Source of the DNA: Octopus vulgaris
Lineage: Eukaryota
Assembly: GCA_951406725.2 (NCBI GenBank)
Contig: OX597816.1
Location: 81,716,001 to 81,780,000, forward strand
Direction: 5' to 3'
Length of the DNA stretch: 64,000 bases
Part shown: piece after piece, positions 13,151 to 25,046 of the stretch
Layout: every line of letters starts with the position of its first letter
Position numbering within the stretch: the first letter of the stretch is position 1
Notes under the pieces: generated by a model
The model's database searches: none
What the model saw: only the letters and a program-made list of their open reading frames with translations
What the model was told of the DNA's origin: nothing
Program-made: the position numbers and the translations under genes

Positions 13151-16100
13151 CCTTGGCACATGAATTACTTATGGGTACCTTCAGTACTGAACATTTTGAC
13201 TGCATGTATGCAGAGTACATACATGCAGAACTGGTTCATGTTGTAGGATGCCTTGATCAAACCAAGTGGTGGCTTTTCACCAATGAGCAGAGGAAGTGGC
13301 CCTTATTTGTTTGTTTTCTTTATATCTAGTCATTTATACATTCATTTCTGTAAATAAAAAGAAATTTTATTATGTCCCAATATATTGTATAATATTCTTG
13401 TCCCATACCTCATTTTTGTATAATTATGTATGTATATCCTTATTTATCTTTGTAATTTTGTAACAACTTTATAAGACATGTTTATAAATGGACTCTGGTG
13501 GAGGCCTGAAGAAAGGACTATTATTGATGCACTGACAACATCATTAGAGTGTTGGGCAAAATGTCTTGCAATCAATATTTGTTTCTGTTCTTTATATTCT
13601 GAGTTTCAATCCTGTTAATATCAACTTTCCAGGACTGATAAAATACCATCAAGTACTGGAGTCAATTTAATCAACTAAACTGTCTCTCAGAATTTATGGA
13701 CTTTTGTCTGTATAAGTTATTATTAAACAATTATTATTTCTGTTTATATAGTAGTTTATATTTCAATGCTTACTTCATCACAGCTTTTTTTGGTTTTTGC
13801 ATTGATTCTGACACTGTACTGTCCATAATCAAAACATTTACCTTTAAATAACGAGGTCCCTCTAATTGTAAACAGAGATAACAAAATAGAATGTTGTTTT
13901 GTTGTAGGAACCTGGTACTGAGAACAAAGCAGTTTCTTTTGCTATAACCAGTGGTGCTCTAGAAAAAGTAGCTTCTGAGACCTGCTGCTGTTTACTTTCT
14001 GTCTTCCTCTGCTAATCCAGCTCCTCTGAGCTTCAAGTAGCACTTTAACTACAGGGTTTTCTGACCTGCACCACCAGTCTCTTTTGCCTTTCTCTAGCAC
14101 CCATCTATCAGTATTTTTCCTGCTTGCATCAGTCTCTAAAGCAGTAATTCTCAGTTCTTCCTCTGTTATTTACCCCCTTGGTTTGATATTTCTCCCCCAT
14201 TTCTCCCTTTATTTTAATGCAAAAAAAAACAGAAAAAAATGTAGAGCCAACATAGAGATGTAGGTAAAAGATGGAACAACTTTATTCTTAAAGTTTTCAT
14301 AAAATAAATTTCAATAAAAATAAAGAACATAATCAAAAATATTTATTAAAGAAAATAACTAAAATTTATTTATCAAAAAAATGTAATATGATGATAAATT
14401 AACAAAATTTGTCACATTTTTTGTTATACTCATTCTGCTGTTAACATAATATATGTATGAACCTTTTTTGACAAAATGAAAATATTTTTGAATTTGTAAA
14501 ATATTTTTAATAAATTTTTTACATTGTATAATAAAGTAATTATTTACTGAAAATACATTTCTGTTTCTATTTATTATGCTCAAAATTTATGGAATGAAAT
14601 CATATGCACATTATTATTAAGATTTGCTTCAATGTCTTATGGTTCTAATTCATACATAACTAAATAGCTTACAGAAATCTCCAGGTTGTCCAATATCTAT
14701 TTCTCTATGTTTTTGCTATACTGTTTATCTGTTATTGCTTTGCTACTGTTGCTATTGCTGTCATCTGTTTCTACTTTTATAGGTACCACCATTATGATAA
14801 TCTTTCTGCAATTGAAAGAACTATAGTAACAGCTTAAATTTCTTAATGCTAATGACTGGGTTGTGAAACCAGTTAGTAATGTGGGGAACAAAAGAATGTA
14901 AAGATTATGAGAAATAAAATATGCCATTTTTTAATAATGCAGGTTCAAGTTATGAGCTAAAAATTGTATCCATAAAATATTCTTAGCTTCTTTTCCTTTA
15001 TTTGAAATATTATGAACTTTTTTTAATTTAGCTATAATGGTCAAATAGTAGAAACATTTAGGTAAGGGTTCAGAGGACCAGGCTAAATATAAAGTATATT
15101 TCTTAGATGTTTCATGTCTCTTTAAGTTCAAATCTCACAAAGGTTAATGAATCATCTGCCTCTTTAAATAAACCATCAAATCAAATATAGTTTCTGATTT
15201 TCACGTCAATAAAGAAAATCTGGAAACGAATATACTGGAATGATTTTTCCCTTATTTTCTTGTTGCCTACAGGAGTACCTGAATTCATTTCTGTAAGGTA
15301 ATGAGTTATTAATAAATTGTTCTAGTTAGATAACTAATCTAGCAAAAGCTGTGTATCTTGGCCATGAATACAGCAGTGCCACTGATGGAATACCAACTGG
15401 TCACACTTCAGTGAATAGTCCAACACCCAGCCTCTATCATTTCTTACTCCCTTTATCTCTTTAGAATCACTATCATAACAACTAATAATTCTGCTGTAAT
15501 GAGGTGGAGGCAGACTAGGAATAGGAGTAGCATTTACTCTAATATTTGGATTTCCTCCAATGGCCGTCAAGTATTGTTGAGAAAATTTACAATGTATAAT
15601 ATTCTCAATGACTCTAAATTATTTTTATTTGGAAAGCTATACTGGCTATAAATATAGTTTAAATTGGTACACACTACATCAAGCATGATTAATTTGTCAT
15701 CACTCTAGGTATTTATACCTTCATTCCTTCATGGATTCCTTCCAAGCAATATTAATTAAAATAGACCTGCATCATTCATTTCTAAATTTAATGTGCTTCA
15801 TTTTTTATTTATTTATTCATTTATTTTTGGCATCATGCCAAACATTTCATGTGCAGTGTGTTAATACTTTTGTTACTACCATGATTTATTTTCTTCGGCC
15901 TTTGTGAAAACAAGTTAATGTTATTTTGGAAAATGTCACCATCAAGGCAAAAATTTTACATTTGAAGTGTTTAATATAAGATTATTTTATAATTTTTTTT
16001 TCTTCTTTTTAATAAAAGTTTTTAATAGTTGCTAGTGGATATATTGAAAGGGTTTTATATTTGCAAATGTCCCAGACTGTCTAGCTTAACATCTTGTAAA

Positions 16101-16338
16101 GCATCTTATGCTGGTAAAATGCTCTGATTGAGCAAAATTATTTATTTTGTCTAAGCCAGAGAAACTAGTGTTTGATGTTTCTATTAATTTAAATGACTTA
16201 ATGCTCAGCAATTATTAAGAAGTTTCCATCACTTATACATTTAATGAAAAGTTGAATAGATATCAGTAGCATTAGAAATTGTTATCATCATTTTCCATTT
16301 TTTATATCTTCTTTTTTTTTTTTTTGTGGAGAATATTT

Positions 16339-16586
16339 AAACCATTATACCATGAATGACTCATTTTAGTCATTCAAAAACACACAGAAACTGTTAACTT
16401 CTTTTAATCATTTATTACATGGTGTTAAAATTTTCATCACACTGTCTACAGCCTGGTCACTGACTGAGTGACCAGGTAACAGACTGCAGCAAAAATGTTG
16501 ACACCAAGTAATAAATGGTAAAGTGAAATTAACTGTTCCTGTGTTTTTGAACAGCTAAAATGAGTCTTTCATGATGTAATTGCTTT
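16339..16586. repeat. Foldback (palindromic) element, ~250 bp
   Basis: Imperfect inverted arms CATGAATGACTCATTTTAG.. / ..CTAAAATGAGTCTTTCATG centred on CCTGGTCACT-GACTG-AGTGACCAGG; relatives at ~56780-56955 and 60421-60514. Confidence 0.8.
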
Positions 16587-17851
16587 AGTTTCAATACAGT
16601 GTCTCAGATCAAATCACTTGTCAGACAATTACAACTCTGAAATTGGAGCTTTCAACTCATTTTTATTTTTTTATTGCAATTAACAATTCTAACAAAGAGC
16701 AATTTTAGCAAACAAAGTACAATTCTTAGTAAATATGCTGTTTGTAATAAAGTTTAATAACTAATTTTTATTGGTCAGATATGTTCGGGTTTTTAAAACA
16801 GCTCAGAGTTACATTATTGTTTAGTAGATAAGAAGAAAACAACTACAGCGTGTCTTCTGACATGAAACTTTCATGTTGGTGAATGGTTGAGAGGTATGAC
16901 AAGATATGTGAGCTATACACACACTCTGTCTGGTGTATCAGGGTGATAGTCAACTGTTACAGTAGTAAAGAAGATGTCTTAGAAGTAGTTACAGTTTTTA
17001 AATTGCAAGACCAGGTCATAAAGGTAACAGTATGTATTTGCATTAAGTATGATACACAGATGGATAGTTTAAATCTAATACTGCTTCTGTTGCATGTAAT
17101 GATTTTTTGTTCAGTCAGGCTGCCATTTGCACCTCCAGTGATTGTTTATTCACTGTTTTCCCATATCAGTGCCGACAAATTTTGCTTAAGCATGCAATTG
17201 GCTGTAAGTGCACATCGTCGACAATGTCCAATGAGGCAGAAATTCATCAGAAATTCAGAAATTCTAGCATTCTCACCAGTTGCTGCTGGACAATTTTCAT
17301 CCACCTCTTATACATGTTGTGTTTTTAAACACAGCTTGTTCATGTGAGTGTTATCTCAGGACAAATATCACAGTAAATTTGCCTTTCTTGATGTATATAC
17401 ATTAAGTATGGAAGTTAGCTGGCTATTTTAATCTAATACTGGTTCTGTTTCATAAAACCCATGTGTGTACACACACATAGCCCCACTACATCTTTGAGAA
17501 GATGGTCAAATTATGTTTTTCTTTAAAGACATTTGAGAATTCACAAGATAGAAGTCGCTCTCAGAATCATCTGAAGTAAAAGATGATAAACACTGCATTT
17601 GTCTACTACAAATGTTTCAATGTCTAAATATTATTTGAATTTTCATTTCTGTTTCTTAATTTAATATTGCTTTGTCTTCAGTAATGTAATCCAACTTCTT
17701 CAAAATAATATAACAGTGGAACATATCACATATCAGAGAAATATTTTAAAAACAAACTTATTTTTATTTCATTGTCTTTGTAATCTTTAATTATTTTTCT
17801 TATATAGTTTCCAAGGTTTTTAATATCCTTTCTTTTTTCCTCCTTGTACAG

Positions 17852-17985
17852 GAGACAATTACTATGATCCTTTGAGCCCTCCTGCTTATGATACTGTCAC
17901 TTCAAGGGACCCTGAAACTCCAGTCTACCAAGATCCAGTTGATAAAGAACGCCAAGAAAAGGAATGGCAGGAAGAACTAAGCAAG
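17852..17985 (+). CDS. TPD52: TPD52/D52-family protein, internal exon (phase 1 to 0)
   Basis: Polypyrimidine+CAG acceptor, GTAGAG donor; encodes DNYYDPLSPPAYDTVTSRDPETPVYQDPVDKERQEKEWQEELSK, the start of the D52 coiled coil; upstream exon not identified. Confidence 0.88.
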
Positions 17986-18579
17986 GTAGAGTTCATAAAT
18001 GTCATTCATATGAAAAACTGAAGTAGTTTCTTAAAGTATACTCATAGTTTCTAATAACAGTTCTATATTCATGAAATAAACTCAGTTTCAATAACTCTGA
18101 TAACTCATACTTTGGTTATAACCAACAACACATTGTAACCTGCCTGCAATTAGATTGTAATTCATAGACCTTTGAAGTATATGTATATTTAAAAGGGGAA
18201 AACATTAATCAAAATTATTTACCTGTTGGTGTAGTGGGAGAAAAGCTTTTGTCTGTGTTGAAATGAGTTATAATGTTCTGCAAATTGAGATATTTGCATG
18301 AATTTATAGAGTAACTGCTTTAAAAATAGGATATTCTAATTCCAAATATTTAATTCAAGTATGAAAATATATAGATTAATTTATCTTACCTAAAATATAT
18401 ATTACATAGCTGAAGTAATAATAGTTAACCATAGAGGTCAGCTGAAAGATTTTTAATAGATGTTCTAAGTGGTTATATTATATAATTTCTTATGCTTAAG
18501 ATCATTGAAAGTTTGGCGCTATTAATTATGAATTGCTAGTTGTTGATTAAATATGAATTGTTTTGTTTCGAACTTTTAG

Positions 18580-18728
18580 ATAGATGGAGAGATCCTCACT
18601 TTGCGACAAGTACTGACTGCAAAAGTACGCCGAGCAACAGAATTAAAACGAAAATTGGGCATTACACCATTGCAGGAATTCAAACAAGATATTCAGAGTG
18701 GATTTCAACAACTCCGTGACAGTGGAAC
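18580..18728 (+). CDS. TPD52: TPD52-family exon (coiled coil)
   Basis: IDGEILTLRQVLTAKVRRATELKRKLGITPLQEFKQDIQSGFQQLRDSG(T) matches the D52 signature EI.TL.QVL.AK....E.KRKLGI; TTTTAG / GTAAGT splice sites; phase 0 to 2. Confidence 0.95.
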
Positions 18729-19379
18729 GTAAGTGCAAGCATTTGCAAATCAATTTCTTGGTATTCTTTCATTCTTTGCAACATTTTTGTTTTGTCAAAA
18801 CAGTTTCCGTTTGTTTTTTTTTATTATTTAAGTATTAGTTTGTCAAGAAATTTTACATTCAATATTTGTCATCAATTTAGGTAATAACTGTAAGAAAAAC
18901 TTCTTCACAGTATAGTTTGTTGGTTGTGACTTTACCTTAGTTTTTTTATCTAAATACATTTACAAATTAGACACTTTGTAATATTGGTATAAAGGGGCAT
19001 TTTTATGCTTTTTCTATTTAATTTCATGAGACTCTAAATTGAGATTTGTTAAAAAAAATTTTTTTATTTTAATCCATGTAAACTCAAGGTTTTTAACACT
19101 GCATGTATTGCTCCAACTCCATTCTAATTTTTATTTGATTTTTAAGAAAGAATTCTTTTCTTCAAGAGATCATCTAATATAACAATCTTATTCATTGTTA
19201 ACAGATATACAAACTTTGCTATTCATTACTGCCAGTTGAAATTGTTATTCCTGAAGTATTATATATATTTATGTAAAATATAATCTCTCCTGCCTCTTAC
19301 ATGTACAATCTCAGTGTAAATAGATCCCTTCTTTATATTCATTCATTATCTCATTTCTTACTTTCTCGATCTCAAACAG

Positions 19380-19403
19380 GGGAGGTGGTGCTTCTTCAAT
19401 CTT
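19380..19403 (+). CDS. TPD52: Candidate 24-nt TPD52 microexon A (GGGASSI[L])
   Basis: Long pyrimidine tract + CAG, donor GTAAGT, phase 2-2, stop-free. Confidence 0.6.
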
Positions 19404-20019
19404 GTAAGTATCTCTCGCACTTGCCAGTAAATATTGTCTGTTATATAAATTATTTCAATTATATTAGTTTGCCTTCACTTCTTATGTTCTTTAGTTGGTT
19501 TGAACCATGCTGGTTTCAGCTTTCTTTGCAAAGATAATTAGTGACCTTGTGACCTTGTTTCAAATTATTGTCCATTACTAGAAAAAAGTCACTTCTTATT
19601 TGATGACTTCAAATTTCAGTCAAAAAGCATTTCCATTCCTACATTTGTGTATGTGTCTTTCTGTGCATTCACATGTGTGCACATGCACGTGTGGTGTATG
19701 GATGCAGTCAGGACCATGTGATCAAGATATTCACTTAGCAATCCTGTGTTTCTGATTTCACTTACACTACATAGGACACTAGACAAATGTCTTCTCTCAT
19801 ATCCTTGGATCAAACAAAGCCTCACAAGCAAAATTTGGTAGATAGAAACTGTGTGGGGTGTGTGTATTTATGTATGTACGTATATATGCATGTATGTATA
19901 TTGGCATCCGATGCCAGAATTAGTGTATAAACTGACTTTGTAGGATTGATCCTACATACATCCATTAAGATCAGTTGATTGGGCCTTGTTTTCCTCTATA
20001 AAGAGATAAAATAAGGATT

Positions 20020-20720
20020 AGACAAAGAACCGGGGCAATATAACTAACGGATGCCATTCATGCGGTGTGCTGTCATCAAATTTGATTTTGATTTCACTTG
20101 CCTCTACAGTTCTTCTCAAGCAGAGTTTAGTGTCCAATGAAGGAAAGGTATGCATAAGTGGGCTGGTTACACAACTGGTTATGGTCTCACTTGGCTTGCC
20201 AGGTCTCCTCAAGCACAGCATATTTCCAAAAGTCTTGGTCATTAGTCATTGCCTCGGTAAGGCCCAATGTTCGAAGGTCATGCTTCACCACCTCATCTCA
20301 GGTCTTCCTGTGTCTACCTCTTTCACAGGTTCCCTCAACTGCTAGGTTGTGACACTTCTTCACACAGCTATCCTCATCCATTTTCACCACATGACCATAC
20401 CAGTGCAGTCATCTCTCTTGCACACCACATCTCATGCTTCTTAGGTCCAACTTTTCTCTCACGGCACTTACACTCTGTCGAGTATGCACACTGACATCAC
20501 ACATCCAGCAGAGCATACTGGCTTCATTCCTTGCGAGCAGTCACGGCCCATGTTTCACTACCATGTAGCATGGCTGTTCGTACACATGCGTCATACAGTC
20601 TACCATTTACTCTGAGGGAGAGACCCTTTGTCACCAGCAGAGGAAGGCGCTCTCTGATCTTTGCCCAGGCTATTCTTATTCTAGTAGCTACACTTTCAGA
20701 GCACCCACCCCCACTACTGA
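20020..20720 (-). mobile_element. RTE-clade LINE 3' fragment
   Basis: Minus-strand RTE C-terminus (GHVVKMDEDSCVKKC...RGRHRKT.DEVVKHDLRTLGLTEAMTNDQDFWKYAV) plus 3' UTR. Confidence 0.8.
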
Positions 20721-21232
20721 CTTGTGTTTTTCCCTCTGGCTGATAACTGTTGAAGAAATGGTGACCTTCTGTGTCTTCTGTTCTCCTGTGTATTTAGTAT
20801 ATGTTTGTTTACTTATTACGCGTTTTTTTTCAATCATATATATTGGTATGTCATATTTTCGGTTTGTTGCTTTATTTAATCCTGAAAATATCATGTAATG
20901 CACACACTTATTAACTTTTTACCTTTTTTTTTTTTGTGTGTGAGTGTGTGTGTGAAAATATTAACTCTCTTGGAAAATATTGAAAAAATACCATGCTGGA
21001 GTAAGATAGGAGCAGCAGTTATGTGTGTAATTGAAATTGTATATGGGGAATAATGATGGAGCATATAACATATAAATGATCAAGTGATCACTAGGAGATA
21101 GCAGATTGAACCAAAGCATTTGAGTTAATTATTATTGTGTTAGAGTGAGTTTGAAATCTTAGATAATTACACATACTAATTTAATTTAACTAATTTAACT
21201 AAATAGTAAGTTGTTGTGAAGCACCCTTAATG

Positions 21233-21680
21233 TCAAGGACTGATATCAAATTTTAAGATATTAAGATTTTCATTAGATGCTCTCATAAATACAATAGAAC
21301 TTTTGGTATGTTTGTTTGCTAGATTATCCCTATTGCTTATAATTTCAAGTGCCTTGAATGAGCATAGGTGGCTCTCACTCCTGCCATCCACGTAGAGAGA
21401 AACAATTCTAATGTCAGACCAAGATATTTCATACAGAATTTCTCTCATTTTTATGTCCCATATCAGTTTAGCCATGGATGTAGATTTGCTCTTGCCTGGG
21501 TTCTTGAATGAGTGGATATGATTATAAGATCCTTGTGTAAATTGAGACAATGTGGCCCCTTTGTAGTGAAAGGTTTCAGTATTAGTGGTGGTTTTCAAAG
21601 TTCCAGTATGAGTGTAAATAGCCAGGAGTTCATGTAGAATACTGCATTTACAATACACTGGCTTTCTACCTTGTCAAGCC
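21233..21680 (-). mobile_element. Penelope-like GIY-YIG endonuclease remnant
   Basis: YKGAT..F...YNHIHSFKN..KSKSTSMAKLIWDIK....YEISWS.I..V..Y..G....HLC..K.LEII pattern typical of the Penelope Uri domain. Confidence 0.7.
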
Positions 21681-24600
21681 CTACAATGTGTGAGTGTGTG
21701 TGAGTCTTGACTTGCAAAGAAAATCACCAGTCATATTAACAGCGTCGTTTATTTGCAGTCTTTTGTGAAAGCATGGTAGATGGAAGAAACTGTGTGGAAG
21801 CCTGTCATATTCATGTATGTGAGTCAAAGAGAGAGATAGAGGGAACAACTGTCGCTAGGTTGTTTACATTCTGCATACCTTTGTACTTTATCGAAAAGTG
21901 ATGGATAGCATAAGTGCCAAATTTAATAAATACTGGGGTCAGTCTGTACAACTAAAACCTTTCGAGGCTGTGCCCTAGCATGACCATAGTCCAATGACTG
22001 AAACAAGTTAAAAAATAAAAGAACACTCATACAACTAATCATGATTATCCATCTAACCCATGCCAGCATAAAAAGTAGATGTAAAACAATTATGATAAAG
22101 TGGAGGAAGATGTATGTTTTGTATATGTGTCTTTGTACTTGTTTACATTTGCACTTCTCCAAAAATTACTGACCAGTGACAATGTTGTCATTTCCCTTGT
22201 CAACAAGTCATCTGCTGGTTTGTGCTTTCAATGACACGTGGAATAAAAGATTTTTATTTGTAAAACAGTTAATATTTAGCAACAGGAAGGGCTTTCATCT
22301 GTTAAACTGTGTCTATACTCAATAACACATGAATAGTTCCCCATGGCCTGACATATTTTCAGAAGAATGGAAACAAATGATACCACTTGTATGACTGACA
22401 TTTGTTTACAACTATCATGTGATGTCAAGTCAAAAACACACATGCATGCGTGTGCGCATCCACACACACACACACAACTGGCTTCTTCAGTCTCTGTCTA
22501 CCAAATCCACTCACAGGCTCTGGTCAGACAAGGCTATGGTAGAAGGCACTTGCCCAAAGTATTACTATGAAACTGAACCTGAAGTGACATGGTTGGGAAT
22601 TGAACTTCTTAAAAACACAGCCATATCTATGCCTTCCTTGATGAATTCTCCAGTAATGTAACGATATTAATATAGTAAAAGTCACATATCATTAAATTAT
22701 GTCTATTTGAGGCATTGTTCTTGCAAGCAGATGTTCTTGATCTGACTTGTTTTTCAAGTAAAGAGTCTCTTATTCCACACAGCTTCAAATGCACAAAGTG
22801 ATTGGACATTTTGTTGACAGCAGAAGCTGACGACACCACCACCTCTCATGTTTGACTGTGTGTGTCTTTATACATATGCACTCGCAATTTGTGTTGTTGT
22901 TTTTTTATAGTCTGTGTCTTATTACATTTGATATTTATTGTATATTTGTGATAATTTAATAATACTATATAACTTTTTTTGTTATTGTTGTCTTTGATTT
23001 CCTATGTGAATCACTTGCTTGTACCATTTAACACAAATTCACTTGCATTACTTAATGTAGTTATAGTCTTTGTTTTCTGTCATTACCAACACTGTTGGTC
23101 AACTTTTTTAAATAAATGCTTATTGCATATTTCTTTGCATTGATATATTATATTCATATCTGAAACTTCCATTTAATTCTGCATTTACAAAAGGCTGCCT
23201 AATTCAACTTTTGTTTTTTCCACATTTCTTATTCCATCATATGTCAGTAGTTTTCATTTACATCTGTTGACTTTGTTATAGAATATAGTGAATCAATTAT
23301 TATATCTACTACAAAACTTCCTTCCTCTAAAGGTATATTGATGTACTTACAATCAGTTAAAACAATACTCAAAATCCTTTGCATCAATTTACAGTAATTA
23401 ACTTTGATTTGTTGATGCTGATACATCCCATTCAGTCTGTAAATGAATATTATTACTAGTACCATAAAGTCAAGCTACATACCTAGCAAACTGACCCAGC
23501 TTCATATTCCAGCTGTATCTGTTTCGCTTCAGTTAGTTTTTGTAAAGATATTAGCAACAATTTATTCCAACTTTACCACACACATGTGCACACACCAACC
23601 TGAAGCTAATTGTCCATGTAAGAAATCAATATTGCTCCATTCAGTGACAGTAAAAATCTTTATGTAGCAGTTATATTTTTCCTGTTCAATTTATCTTAAT
23701 TTAGAAAATGTGTCCTATAAGTTGGATTATAAATTTTAGATGTTTATCTTTTCCAAAAATATCAAAAGAAAATGTTTCATCAAGTTGTAATTTTTCTGGT
23801 GATGATTTATGGCCAAAGATCTGGATGCTTACCTCAACCCCTACTGCTATTTTGTTTCATTATTAGAAGCACTTCACTCTCAGATGGCCTAGACTACATA
23901 GCTATGGTGTGTATGACTAACTACTACTCACCACTATTTATTTGTAATGCTCAACTCATATCCAGAAATATATGAACTTATATTCAATGAATAATATATT
24001 TGAAAAAATTATTATTCTCAATAATTTTCATTGTTAAACATATGCTGAAGTAGCTATGGATGTAATAATTCAGAATAATTTTAGAAACTTCAGTCTTGTT
24101 TTACTGAATAGAACCCTTAAAAATCAGGTTTTGTAATGCTTAATAAAAAGGTTTCTTCTGCTATGTTCATCAAAAACATTTTTTTAAGAACATGTTTTTG
24201 TCAGGTATTCTTCCTGATACTTAATGTATTAAGAAATATCTTCTCATGTTTACTCCTCATGACAATTTTATCTGTGTAAAGATATAAAACCTACACTTCT
24301 TACTGTACCCTATTATTGAAAGCCTGGTGTTTTATCCAAATACCTGATACTGCTTCACCTTGTGATTACCTGACATAAAGCAGTTAGTGCTAAGAGTAAT
24401 GTGATATGAATCTCAAGAAGAGCATTTGTATTCTCCTGTATAAGAGGACATAAAATGGTTACAAGTAGTGCTCCTTCTCTTCCACCTCAGAAAAAAAAAA
24501 ATGTTTATTCACTAACAGACTCAGGCTTATTAAAATTTACAGAATTTTATGACTTATTTTCCTTGTATTAATGACATAAAAAAAATTACTAAGCATTTGA

Positions 24601-24860
24601 TGAGTTAAATTTACCAATGTCATATTCAATTACTGCTAATTCTTTTCAGATAGTACTTTCTTATTAAGACAGGATTTCTCTCCTTGTCCTTCAAGGCTTT
24701 TCTTAATATCCTTTCATAAAGTTCTCCATGTACCTTTCAAATGGTTACTGGTTTGTCAGGTTTCCTTTGTGTATTTCACTAATTGCTATTGCAATACTAT
24801 CACACTAATTATATCTCAATCATTACTATTAAATCCAGAGATACATTTGTTTTCAGTAGT

Positions 24861-24901
<41 letters not shown>

Positions 24902-25022
24902 TAATAAAAGTACAATTTTTGGTAGTATGTTGAAGTTATTTCACATAATGATGTGTTTATGTTTTGTCTGACTTTACTCTTATGGTTTGTTATATTTGCT
25001 ATCCTAATCCATTTTAATTCAG

Positions 25023-25046
25023 GGCGGGTGCTTCTTCAAGTGATTT
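25023..25046 (+). CDS. TPD52: Candidate 24-nt TPD52 microexon B (AGASSSD[L])
   Basis: Branch-like CCTAAT and TTCAG acceptor with upstream TGC; GTGAGT donor; phase 2-2; creates ..SSDL-YQKT, resembling the vertebrate D54 insert ending SDL-YKKT. Confidence 0.65.

Noticed and set aside
16883-17347. 154-aa ORF
   Set aside because: No recognisable motif or splice support; probably a decayed DNA-transposon sequence.
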